This document shows, piece by piece, positions 46,685 to 59,052 of a DNA stretch of 64,000 bases (the stretch's first letter is position 1; each line of letters begins with the position of its first letter). The notes beneath the pieces are model-generated. The model ran no database searches. It was not told the DNA's origin and saw nothing but the letters and a program-made list of their open reading frames with translations. A program made the position numbers and the translations under genes. The stretch lies in the NCBI RefSeq assembly GCF_009914755.1, contig NC_060927.1; one strand, written 5' to 3'. The stretch comes from the human T2T-CHM13v2.0 reference genome, Homo sapiens.

Positions 46685-49600
46685 CAAATGTTATACCTCA
46701 AAGCTCTAGAAAAATAAACTAAGCCCAAAGTTAGCAGAAGGAAGAAAATAACAAAGATTAGAACAAATATTAAAAAAAAAATACAGAATAGAAAAAAAAG
46801 TAAAAATTGGTTTTCTGAAAAAATAAATAAAATCAAGAAACCCTTAGCTAGCCTAACTAGGAAAATAAAGAGAAAATATGCAAATAAATAAAATCAGAAA
46901 TGAGAGAGGAGACACTACAATTAATCCAACAGAAATACTAAGGATCATAAGAAAGTACTATGAACAATTATTTTAAAAATATGCCAACAAATTTAATAAT
47001 CTAAAAGAAATTAATATATTCCTAAACATAGACAGCCTACCAAAACTGAGTCATGATGAAATAGAAAATCTGAACAGGCCAATCATGTGTAAGGACATTG
47101 AATCAGTTATAGAAAGTCTGCAATCAAAGAAAAACCTAGGGTTGGAAAATTTCACTGCTGAATTGTACCAAACATTAAAAAAAACTAATGATAATTCTTG
47201 TCAAATTATTCCAAAAAATAAAATAGGGGGAATATTTTCAAACTCACTTTCTGAGGCCAGCATTAGTCTGATACAAAAGCCAGGGAAGGACAATAGAATT
47301 AAAGAAACCCATAGGCCAATATTTCTAATATATATAGGTGCAAAAATTCTAAATAAAATATTAACATACTAAACTAAAAAACACAACAAAAGAATAATTC
47401 ATAATGTTCAAGTGGGATTTATTTTTGGGATTTATTTTTCGGATTTAAGGATGGTTCAACATACGCAAATTCATTTTCTGAGGTTATATATAAATAAGTA
47501 AATGTGATGTACCACATTAACCAAATGAAGGATAAAAACTATGTGATCATCTTAATAAATTTTAAAAAAGCATAACACCCTTTCATGATAAATACTCTCA
47601 AAAGATCAAGTATAGAAGGAATGTAACTGAATACAAGATGGCCATATATAACAAGATGATAGTTAAAAACATACTCAATGGTAGAAAGTTGAAAGCTTTT
47701 TTGTAATATCAGGAACAAGGCAAAGATGTCCTCTCTCACTACTTTTTAACAATATTGTATTGGAGTCCTAGCCAGAGTAATTATTCAAGAGAAAAAAATA
47801 AATGGTATCCTAACAGGAAAGGGAAAAGCACAGTTGTCTCTATTTGCTGACTGTATGATCTTATATATAGAAAACTCTAAAGACTTCACCAAAAGAAAAA
47901 AAAAAACTGTTGGAAAAAAAAAAAAAACCTGATGAACTCATAAACAAATTCAGTAAAGCTGCAGGATACAGAGTCAACATACAAAAATTAGTAGTGTTTC
48001 TATAAGTAACAGCAAGATATCCCAAAAGCAACTTAAGATAACAATCCCATTTACAACAGCAACAATAACAAAAACACACATACATGTAAATGTAACCAAG
48101 ATGAAAGGACATGTCTACTGAGAGCTATAAAACACTGACAAAAGAAATTGAAAAAGGAAAAATAAATAAAAATATAACATATTCATTGATTGGAAGAATA
48201 ACTATTGTTAAAATGTTCCTACTGTCTAGTCTACAGATCCAATGCAAGCCCTGTGAAAATTCCAATGACATTTTTCACAGAGATAGAAAAAACAATGTTT
48301 AAATTTGTATGAAACTACAAAAGACCCCAAATAGTCAAAACAATCTTGAGCAAAAAGAACAAGCTAGAGGCATCACATTCTTTAATTTCAAAATGTAAAG
48401 CAATTGTAATCAAAACAGCATGGTATTGGCCTAAAAACAGAAACACAGGTCAATCGAATGTGATAGAAAGCCCAGAAATAAACCTATACATTTGTAGTCA
48501 CTTGATTTTTGAGAAAGATGCCCAGAATATGCAAAGGGGTAAGGACAGTCTCTTCAATAAATGGTGTTGGGGAAACTTGATATCCACATACAGAAGAATA
48601 AAATTAGATTCTTATCTCACAGTATATTAAAAAAAACTCAAAATAGATTAAAGACTTAAATATAAGATGTAAAACTGTAAAACAGCTAGAAGAAAACATA
48701 GGAGAAAGCTCCAGCACATTGTTCTGGGTGATTATTTTAAAAATATGATCCTGAAAGCACAGGCAACAAAAACACATACAAACAAATAGGATTGCATCAA
48801 ACTAAAAAGCTTCTGCACAGCAAAGGAAACAATTAATGTGATGAAGAGACAACCCACAGAATAAGAGAAAATATTTGCAAACCATATGTATAATGAGTTA
48901 ATATCCAAAATGTATAAGAAACACAAACACTTCAATGCAAGGAAATAGCCCAACTAAAAAATAGGCAAGAAACTTGAGCAGACATTTTTCAAAAGAAGAC
49001 ATACAAATAGCCAATAGGCACATGAAAATATGCTCAGCATCAGTAGTAATTAGAATAATGCAAATTAAAACCATTTTATTAGAATGGCTTTTATCAAAAA
49101 GATGAAAGAGAAGTGTTGGTGAAATGCAGGTAAAAGGGAACTCATACATTCATAGTGGGAATGAAAATTAGTATAACTATTATGGAAAATAGTATGGAGG
49201 ATCTTCCAAAAACTAAAATTAGAACTACTATATGATCAGCAGTCCCACTACTGGGTACATAGACAAAAAATTTAAAATCAGTATGTCCAAGGGATAGCTA
49301 CATTCCCAAGTTCATTGCAGCAATATTTACAATAGCTGAGATATGAAATCTACCTAGGTATCTATTAACAGATAAATGAATAAAGAAAATGTGGTATATC
49401 TACACAAGGGAATACTATTCAGTCTTAAAAAAGAAGAAAATCTTGTCATTCATGATAACATTAATGAACATAGAGGACAGGTTATTTCATGCTAAATGAA
49501 GTAAGCCAGGTCCAGAGAGAACAAATACCACAAGATCACACTTGTATGTGGAACCTAAAACAGTTGAACTCATAGAGTTAAAGAGTAGAATGATGGTCAC

Positions 49601-49900
49601 CAGAGGCTGGTTGAGGGAGGAAGGAAAGGAATGTGGGGTTGTAAATCAATGGGTACACAGTTTTAGAGAGAAGGGAGGAATAACGTTTGAAATATATTGC
49701 ATGGCAGAGTGACTATAGTTAACAATACTATTTCAAAATAACTAAGTAAATTTCAAATGTCTCACCACAAAAAATATGAGATGATAGATATGGTAACTAG
49801 CTTTATTTAATCATTTCCCATATATCAAAACATCACATTGTATCTGACCAATATATATAATTATTTGTTAATTAAAAAGAATATTAATAAAAATAATAAA
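46685..49900 (+). mobile_element. Old LINE-1 (L1MA-like), ORF2 and 3'UTR
   Basis: ORF2 remnants ([28 protein letters not shown]); L1MA-type 3'UTR (GAGTAGAATGATGGTCACCAGAGGCTGG...ATCAAAACATCACATTGTA). Confidence 0.9.
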
Positions 49901-50190
49901 ATAGTAATAAATTTAATAAAGTCACAATCACTTTATTGGTAAATATAAAATAATTCTGAGAATAATTTAATAAGACAAATAAATAGAGAGGTATACCATG
50001 TTTATAGATTGAAAAACTATCAAAATTATATATAGGGGAGTTTAGAAAGTATTAACTTACATAATCACAAGGTCCCACAATAGGCTGTCTGCAAGCTGAG
50101 GATCAAGGAGAGCTGGTCCAAGTCCCAAAACTAAAGAATTTGGAGTCTGACCTTCGAGGGCAGGAAGAATCCACCATGGGAGAAAAATGT

Positions 50191-50880
50191 GGGAAGATTT
50201 CCCTTCACCACTGTTCTTCAGGAATGTCCTAGAAAGCGATTGTAATGCTGCAGCTGTTCACTTTGGAGTGGTGCCTGCATATCATGCAGAACCGTCTGTG
50301 AACCAGGCCCTAGTCTTCCTTTCCTCTGTCAACTGGTCATAGGGAGCAGCTTCCCATGAGGCCATTGGTACAGGCTTGGGGAGAGAAGGCAGGGTGGCAG
50401 GAGCGGAGACCATGGGCATTTGAGCCACTTTCTCATGTAACTTACTTGTGCCTTCAGTACCTGCCAGGGTCTGATCACGTATATACCACTTCCATTTGAT
50501 GATGGAATGCTGCTGTGCATGACCCACTTTCTGGCAGGGTGGGTCAGAAAGCACCCAGTTCATGATAGGTAGTTCAGGTCACATGGTGACTTGATGACCC
50601 ATAGCCAAATGTTCAGTTTCCACCAAAACCCAGTAACAAGCCAAGGGCTGTCTCAGAAAAGGAGAGTATTTATCTGCAGAAGATGGCAGGCCTTGCTCCA
50701 AAATCCTAGAGGCCTCTTCTGTGATTCGCCAATGGGGCCTGCCGAAGGCTCCAAATAACATCCCTATATGCCACTGACACTTCAAGCACCATTGGATCTG
50801 CTGGGTCATATGGCCCAATTAGCAGAGCAGCTTGCATAGCAGCCTGGACCTGTTCCAGAGCCTTCTCCTGTTCTGGACCC
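50191..50880 (-). pseudogene. ERVL pol remnant (RT connection / RNase H N-terminus)
   Basis: Minus-strand peptides LACYWVLVETEHL and NWVLSDPP...QQHSIIKWKWYIRD...TRAWFTDGSA, frameshifted. Confidence 0.85.
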
Positions 50881-51070
50881 CACTCCTGGTACCAAAATCT
50901 GTATTAGTCAAGGTTCTCTTAGAGGGACAGAATTATATATATATATATACACACGCATATATATACACACATATATATATGTATATACACACCCTATATG
51001 TGTACACATATATATGCACATATATATGTATATATATATACTTGATCAAAAGATCAAGTATAGAAGGAAT

Positions 51071-51249
51071 GTATGTATATACGTATATACATACATATGT
51101 ATGTATATACGTATATACATACATATGTATGTATATACGTATATACATACATATGTATGTATATACGTATATACATATATATGTATGTATATACGTATAT
51201 ACATATATATGTATGTATATACGTATATACATATATATGTATGTATATA
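51071..51249. repeat. 28-bp palindromic minisatellite GTATGTATATACGTATATACATA(C/T)ATAT, ~6.4 copies
   Basis: Units start at 51071, 51099, 51127, 51155, 51183, 51211 and 51239 (partial). Confidence 0.96.
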
Positions 51250-51631
51250 AAGGGGAGTTTATTAAGTATTAACTTACACAACCACAAGGTCCCACAATAG
51301 GCTGTCTGAAAACTGAGGAGCAAGGAGAGCCAGTCAGTCTCCCCAGACTGAAGAACTTTGAGTCCAATGTTCAATGGCAGGAAGCATCCAGCACGGGAGA
51401 AAGATGTAGACTGAAAGGCTAGGCCCATCTCTCCTTTTCACATTTTTCTGCCTGCTTTATATTCACTGGAAACCGATTAGATTGTGCCCACCAGATTAAG
51501 GGTGAATCTACCTTCCCCAGCCCACTGACTCAAATGTTAATCTCTTTGGCAACACCCACACCGATACACCCAGGATTAATACTTTGTATCCTTCAATCCA
51601 ATCAAGTTGATACTCAGTATTAACTATCACA

Positions 51632-52232
51632 ATCCTGGTACCAAAACTTGGCAGAAGTACAACAAAAAAAGAAAACTTTAGGCCAAAATCCTTGATGAAC
51701 ATTGATGTAAAAATCCTCAACCAAATATTGGCAAACTGAATCCAGCAGCACATCAAGAAACTTATCCCCCACGATCAAGTTTCTTCATCCCTGAGATGCA
51801 AGGTTGGTTCAACATACGCCAATCAATAAGTGTGATTCATCAGATAAACAGAACTAAGGACAAAGGCACATGATTATCTCAATAGATGCAGAAAAGCTTT
51901 TGATAAAATTCAACATCTACATGTTAAAAACTCTCAATAAACTAGGTATTGAAGGAACACACCTCAAAATAATAAGAGACATATATGACAGACCCACAGC
52001 CAATATCGTACTGAATGGGGAAAAGCATTCCCCTTGAAAACTGGCACAAGACAAGGATGCTGTCTCTCACCACTCCTGTTCAACATAGTATTGGAGGTCC
52101 TGGCTGGCGAAATCAGGTAAGAGAAAGAAATAAAGGACATTCAAATAATAAACGAGGAAGTTAAATTATCCCTGTTTTTAGATGACATGATCCTACATCT
52201 AGGAAACCCTATTGTCTCAGCCCAAAAGCTTT
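51632..52232 (+). mobile_element. Older L1PA ORF2 (RT) fragment, truncated at both ends
   Basis: ATCCTGGTACCAAAACTTGGC...GATGACATGATCC...CTCAGCCCAAAAGCTT aligns with 16058-16670 of the full-length L1. Confidence 0.88.
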
Positions 52233-53783
52233 TATAAAAAAACCAAACGGCAAACCAATGACCTAAGTATCCAACTAAAGATGATAAAACACATAAAACA
52301 AAAAGAAATTTAAAAAACCTAAATGATTGACAAATACGAAGCAAGACTACTTAATCTGAAAACAGTATAAATAATATATAATAATGCAAGCAAAATATAA
52401 TTTAATTTTAAATGTATAGAACTTTAATTTACTAATACTGTAAATAACATTGCAATATGTTTACAATTTAGATAAATTGGACAATTACTTAGTAATGTAT
52501 AAATTCATAAATTGGATCTAAGAAAAAAAGTAAAACCTGAAAAGGCTTTTATTTCTAGATACGACTTGGAGAAGACAGTGCTTCTGTTGCAGCAACTAGC
52601 AAATGCTCAATATATTACACACACTCACAGGAACATCCATATTTAAATACATCAGAGTGCTTTGGAAGCAGAAAAGTTCCAGACAGGGGAGAAGTTTTTT
52701 TTTGTAAGTCAAAGGATGGCCAGCAGATTTCTTCCTGAAGGCATTTGCAGATTCTGGTTTTTGGCTAAGAATCAGTTTTAACTTTGGCAAGTGCCTCTTC
52801 TGGAAAAAATATAAATCAGCAAAGCATTTGGTCATTATGCAGGGCTGGAGTGACAATCTGGATACTGGAAGGGCCCAAGAGCATGGCTATTTTTTTCTAG
52901 TGAATATGTGTTAAATTATGAGGTATTATGGAGTTCTTGGGAACTTGAGTGAAAGCTTCTAGAAGACACAGTAGAATCTCCCTTAGTCTCAGGGAATTTA
53001 GAAGACCAAGGTTTGCCAGGAGTGAGGGCTTGTGTCAAGTACACATCAGGTTTCCCGTTTAAAACTGTATTCAATTAGGTTGATCAGAAGCATAACCAGA
53101 GGCAGACGATCTTGTGAAAGTGATTTGTTTGGGGGATAGGTTGCTCTCATGAGATGGGAAATGAGAGAAACACCATGGAAGACAGGGAGAATGTTCCCCT
53201 CCACTCCTGCAGGCATAGACAGCAACTGATGAGTAATTGATATGAGAGTGCAAACAGCAGACCCCTCAACTCAAGGTGGGACAGCTCTGTAGTACAACTT
53301 ATGCACCAGAGCTCCTGTGGGATCAGGCTGAAGCAGATTCCAGTCATGAATATATCTAACCCTGCAGGATTGAGGGGTGCATTCTCCATGTCTTCTATTC
53401 CTATGGTAGTTCTCTGGGGATAAAGGAAGCTCTGAGCCTTTAGCAAACTCTCAGCAGCTGGGTGTGGGGGGAGGCACTGGTCTTATAGAGGGGATCTTCA
53501 GAGAACATAATACCATCCACTAGAAACAGTTAACAGCTTTTCTATGTGTTCTCTTCTTTAGTGACAATAAGAAGATATTTATACATAAAAGCAATATTTT
53601 CTTTTTTCTAAGCTGTGGGTGACCTTGAAAAAGCTCTCATATTTTCTAGGCCCTTTCTAAATCAAAGGCTGTAAGGAGATTCAAATGATGATTATAAAAT
53701 TAATAGCCCCCAACATAGAGGAAGGGTTGATATTACCGCCTAATTACACGTGAAAGTTCTCTTCCTTTTATATGCTTAGGCAA

Positions 53784-56241
53784 TGTATTAGCTTGATTTC
53801 ACACTGCTGATAAAGACATACCTGAAACTGGGTAATTTACAAAAGGTTTAATTCAACTCAGTTCCACCTGGGTGGGGAGGCCTCACAATCATGGAAGAAG
53901 GCAAAAGGCACATCTTACATTGCAGCAGGCAAGAGAGAGAATGTACCAGAAGGGGAAACGCCAGATGCTTATAAAACCATCAGATCTCATGAGCACTCAC
54001 TCACTATCAGGAGAATGGTATGAGGGAAACCACCCCCATGATTCAATTATCTCCACCTGGCCCCACCCATGATACGTGGGGATGACTACAATTCAAGGTG
54101 AGATTTGGATAGGGACACAGAGCCAAATCATATCATTCCCCCTGGCCCCTCCCAAATCTCATGTCTTCACAATTCAAAACCATTCATGCCTTCTCAACAG
54201 TCTCCCAAAGTCTCAACTCATTCCAGCATTAACCCAAAAGTCCACAGTCCAAAGTCTCATCTGAGATAAGGCAAGTCCCTTCTGCCCATTAGCCTGTAAT
54301 ATCAAAAGCAAGCTAGTTACTTCCTAGATACAATGGGGGTAAACACAGCCATTCCAAATGGGAGAAATTGGCCAAAACAAAGGGCCTACAGGGCCCATGC
54401 AAGTCCAAAATTCAGTGGGGCAGTCAAATCTTAAAGCTCCAAAATGATCTCTTTTGACTCTATTTCTCACAACCAGGTCACACTGATGCAAGAGGTGGGT
54501 TCCCATGGTCTTGGGCAGCTCTGCCCCCGTGGCAGAGTACAGCCTCCCTCCCAGGGTACAGCCTCCCTCCCAGCTGCTTTCACAGGCTGGCGTGGAGTGT
54601 CTGTGGCTTTTCCAGGCACATGGTGCAAGCTGCAGGTGGAACTACCTTTCTGGCGTCTGGAGAACGGTGGCCCTCTTCTCACAGCTCCACTAAGCAATGT
54701 CTTAGTGGGGACTCTGTGTGGGAGCCCTGACCCCACATTTTCCTTTTGCACTGCCCTAGCAGAGGTACTCCATAGAACCCTGCCCCAGCAGCAGATTTAT
54801 GTCTGGGCATCCAGGCATCTCCATACATCTGAAATCTAGGTGGAGGTTCCCAAACCTGAATTCTTGACTTCTCTGCACTGGCAGGCCCAACACCACGTGG
54901 AAGCTGCCAAGACTTGGGCCTTTCAGACCTCTGAAGCCACGGCCCGAGCTGCACCTTGGCCTCTTCTAGTCATGGCTGGAGCAGGCGGAACACAGGCCAC
55001 CAGTTCCGTAGACTGCACACAGCCTGGCCCAGGAAACCATCCTCCAAGGCCTCTGGGCCTGTGATGGGAGGGGCTGCCATTAAGACCTCTGACATGCCCT
55101 GGAGACATTTTCCTCAGTGTCTTGGAGATTAACATTTGGCTCCTTGTTACTTATGCAAATTTCTACAGCCAGTTTGAATTTCTCCTGAGAAAGTGGGATT
55201 TTCTTTTTTTTAATTGTAAATTTTTTATTATTATACTTTAAGTTCTAGGGTACATGTGCACAATGTGCAGGTTTGTTACATATGTATACATGTGCCATGT
55301 TGGTGTGCTGCACCCATTAACTCTTTATTTACATTAGGTATATCTCCTAATGCTATCCCTCCCTCCTCCCCCCACCCCACGACAGGCCCTGGGGATTTTC
55401 TTTTCTATCGCATTGTCAGGCTGTAAATTTTCCGAGCTTTTGTACTGTTTCCCTTTTAAAATGGAATGCCTTTAACAGCATACAAGCCACCTCTTGAATG
55501 CTTTTCTGCTTAGAAATTTCTTCTGCCAGATACCCTAAATCATCTCTCTCAAGTTCAAAGTTCCACAGATCTCTAGGGCAGGGGCAAAACGCTGCCCGTC
55601 TCTTTACTAAAACATAACAAGAATCACGTTTGCTCCAGTTCCCAACAAGTTTCTCATCTCCATCTGACCACCTCAGCCTGGACCTTATTGCTCATATTAA
55701 TATCAGCATTTTTGTCAAAACCATTCAAGTCTCTAGGAAGTTCCAAAATTTCTGACATTTTTCTATCTTCTTCTGAGCCCTCCAAACTGTTCCAACGTCT
55801 TCCTGTTACCCAGTTTCAGAGCTGCTTCCACATTTTTGGGTATCTTTTCAGCAACACCCTACTCTGCTGATACCAATTTACTGTATTAGTTCATTTTCAC
55901 AAGGTTTATAAAGACATACCCGAGACTGGGTAATTTACAAAAGAAAGAAGTTTAATTCGACTCACAGTTCCATGTGGCTGGGGAGGCCTCACAATCATTG
56001 TGGAAGGCAAAAGGCAAGTCCTACATCGCAGCAGACAAGAGAGAGAATGTACCAGCAGAGGAAATGCCAGAAGCTTATAAAACCATCAGAGCTCATGAGA
56101 ACTCACTAACTATCACGAGAACAGTATGGGGGAAACTGCGCCCATGATTCAATTATCTCCACCTGGCCCTGCCCTTGACACATGGGCATTATTACAATTC
56201 AAGGTGAGTTCTGAGTGGGGACACAGAGCCAAACCGTATCA
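53784..56241 (-). mobile_element. Complete THE1 MaLR element (LTR 53784-54135, internal region, LTR 55882-56241)
   Basis: Two ~355-bp LTRs TGTATTAG...TATCA, polypurine tract beside the left LTR, PBS-like ATACCAATTTA beside the right LTR. Perfect TSD GGCAA at 53779-53783 and 56242-56246. Confidence 0.95.
55208..55391 (-). mobile_element. L1PA5/6-like 3' stub inside the THE1 internal region
   Basis: Poly(T) plus antisense 3'UTR; 13-bp TSD GGGATTTTCTTTT at 55195-55207 and 55392-55404. Confidence 0.93.
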
Positions 56242-57622
56242 GGCAAAAAAAGTTAAGTTTATACATAAACTATAAATTAATTACAAACACACCATGTCTT
56301 CAGCACATCACCTGGTATTAACACTAATAATATGAGAAAGCTGACAAGATGGACATATTTCTGTGAGCAACTGTGAAGAAAATGTTCTTGTTGAGTTGTT
56401 TTGCTGCTCTTGGTTTTCAATAATATTGTGTTTGCTGGCAGAAATTGACTGTTGATTTGATTGCGGTAATGTGATTTCATGCACATTTCAAACTGTCTTA
56501 CCCTCTTTTTTATTCAATAATTTCATTATGAATTACTTATTAAGTTTTTCATATATATGTAGTATTATTCTAAGTATTCACCAACTTCTCCCACTACTAA
56601 CTTTTCACACCAATATTTTGGTGGCACAGTCTCAGAGAATTGGATTTAAATAATAATTTATGAATTAAAGAGTTGAAAAGCATATCTGAATTTTCACAAT
56701 GTAGAAATACACAAGTGTTCGTTTTAGCCTAGGAGGATCTGTGGTCTTCAAACTGATCCTGAGGAATAAGAAGCTGAGCAAGTTCAGGTCTTAGAGCAAT
56801 TACATTTCTTTAGTTTTTCTTTTGTTCTCACAAAAACTGACCTGAAAACAACAGGAGGATTTTATGTGATTTTTGCTTTTACACATCCCATCTTGCTTTA
56901 GCTAACTGAAGTTCAATAAAAATAATTTTGCTTGAATTCCAATTATTTATTTAATGTCACGGAGCCTCTCAATTATATTTGTACTTAATAACTGTTTGGC
57001 CCAATGTATTTTACATAATGATTCAAAGGATTTATTACTAGAGTTTACCATATATGGAGTTTGGGCTCTTCATTTTGATATTGTTTCATTTAGTATAAAA
57101 TGAGAAATTTGCATTGGAGACAACAGCTAAATTAATCTTTTGTGAAAAATATTATATTTCAATTTTTATTTATTAAGAACAGATTTAAATTTTCCATTCT
57201 CATCAAAATTATCTAGAACTACTACAAGCATGGATCCCTGATTAGGTGTTCTAAGTGATATTTCTCATCTAAAGTTTGCAGTCCCAGCTATGAGACTTTA
57301 GGCAAGTCCCTTTAGTGGTCTGACCATCAATATTCTCTATGGAAAGGACTGTTGGATGAGGTAAAAAGCTCTATCTAGTTTTAACACTTATTCTGCAGTG
57401 TTCTTCACATAATAGAAATTGGCATATGTTCAGATACACATAACAGCAAATTCAATGAATTTTTCTTAATGAATACATCAATATATAAAACTAGAAGTTT
57501 TATATACTATACAACTGGAAGAGTTAGTGCACTTACAGGGTGACTCAGTGTGTCAATCATATCATCAATAATTTGGTTTCTTCTGTGTCTCTTCTCGACC
57601 CAAACTTTCTGGCAAACCTCTG

Positions 57623-57821
57623 CAGAGGTGTCCAAGGGAGAAAATACTAGTCATGGGTTCTTAGTTTCTGTTTCTGGTTGGTCCAGTAAAGCCCCTTCCT
57701 CATCCCTCTCTTACCCTCATCACTAGAGACAGAAACTAAAAATTGTGGCTTCAGGCTGTTAAAAGCCTAAAGCAAAACAGAACAACAACAACAACAAAAT
57801 AAGGCGGGTTAGACAAGCTTG
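57623..57821 (-). mobile_element. MER107-like non-autonomous DNA transposon
   Basis: Imperfect TIRs CAGAGGTGTCCAA / TTAGACAAGCTTG; internal TAAAGCCCCTTCCTCATCCCTC...GAGACAGAAACTAAAAA matches the recalled consensus. Confidence 0.75.
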
Positions 57822-59052
57822 GAAGTATTTCTAATTGAAGTGTAGGAAGAGGTAGCTTGACCTCTGCTAACTCTTTTAGGATAGCAAAAGTCTGTCTTTC
57901 CAAATCCACTATAATTTTTGCTATAGTTATTATTGGCCTAAACTGGATATATATTCATAACTGCATGAAAAAAAAACACAAAACTTGTTGTCTTCAGAAG
58001 CAAGGGACCTACCAAGGACTACGAAGACTATATTTTAAAAAAAAACAAAACACAAGAACGGATTAGAATATTTCTCACTAATTTAAGATCAGATAATTTA
58101 AACATAAAAGAGAATACTGAGGCTATCTATTCTGGAAAAATACAGCATCATTTTTCCCTGCTTGTCTCTTCTAAATACAACTAAATATTCTATAAATAAT
58201 TCAACTTTCAATGAAAAAAAGATTTTGAAAGCTGGAAAGAAGAAGGTGGACTGACTCAAACTCTACCTCAGGACTTGAGAACACCACCATGATCAATTTC
58301 CTGGGTTTCCTTTTTATTTCCCATTTTATTTCCCATATGAGGCTCTAGAACTGCCAGAAGACATAGACAGAGAAAGAAAATAAGGTTTACTATCTCTGGG
58401 GTGGGGAAAAAAAGGACCAGAGAAAAGCCCAACTAAGACCTAGTGGAAAGTCCAACCTTAGCACCACAACCACGGTCAACACCTGATTTGACTATCTACC
58501 TGCAGAAACAGCTTCAAAGTCTCAATGGGGAGTTCAGATCTCCTGTCTTAACCCCCACTCCACAACTCGGGCAATGGCAGGTGGGCTGATCCACCCACAG
58601 TACAGTCATTAGCAATGGAACCCAGCTTTTCCCTGCTGTCTACTCAGTGGCATGAGACTCAGGCTTAGCAGCTCCTAAACCCCCACCACCATCCCCACAT
58701 CACAGCGTGGCCCAGAGACAGCAGACAACAGACATACCAAGAATGGAGGAGGTGAAACCTCATATTATGATGATAAAATTGCTTTTTGCTTCATGTATAT
58801 TGAGGCTTTGTTTTTATTCACTTATATTGTTATGACTTTCTGATAAAAATCTCTTATCATTTTGAAATGTCCCTCTTTATTTTTGATAATATTCTCAGTC
58901 TAGAAGTATACTTCATCTGATGCTAATAGAGCCAATTTTGTCTTATTTTTTTTTAAATCATTTTCTTTTACCTAATATGTATCTTTATATTTAAAATGCA
59001 TCTTTTCTAGACAACACATTACTGGATATTGTCTTCTTTTGCTTTTTTCCCC

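Larger units (their letters stand above)
50028..51631 (-). mobile_element. Internally deleted HERVL provirus: MLT2A LTR 50900-51631, PBS, pol fragment 50191-50880, partial second LTR 50028-50190
   Basis: LTR ends TGTATTAGTCAAGGTTCTC...CAGTATTAACTATCACA; minus-strand TGGTACCAGGAGTGG directly beside the LTR; 50035-50190 repeats LTR sequence ~51251-51408. Confidence 0.88.

Noticed and set aside
51071-51249. CRISPR-like array of palindromic 28-bp repeats
   Set aside because: The repeats are head-to-tail with no spacers and no cas genes, in eukaryotic LTR microsatellite context.
50832-51428. Y/I/H-rich ORFs on both strands
   Set aside because: Translation artefacts of the palindromic (TA/CA) repeat.
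50884-51646. 14-bp repeat as a TSD of a solo LTR
   Set aside because: ERVL TSDs are about 5 bp and the left copy is the proviral PBS. Kept only as a curiosity in findings.
54444-55135. Overlapping 60-130 aa ORFs in GC-richer sequence
   Set aside because: Degenerate THE1 internal region; no intact ORF.
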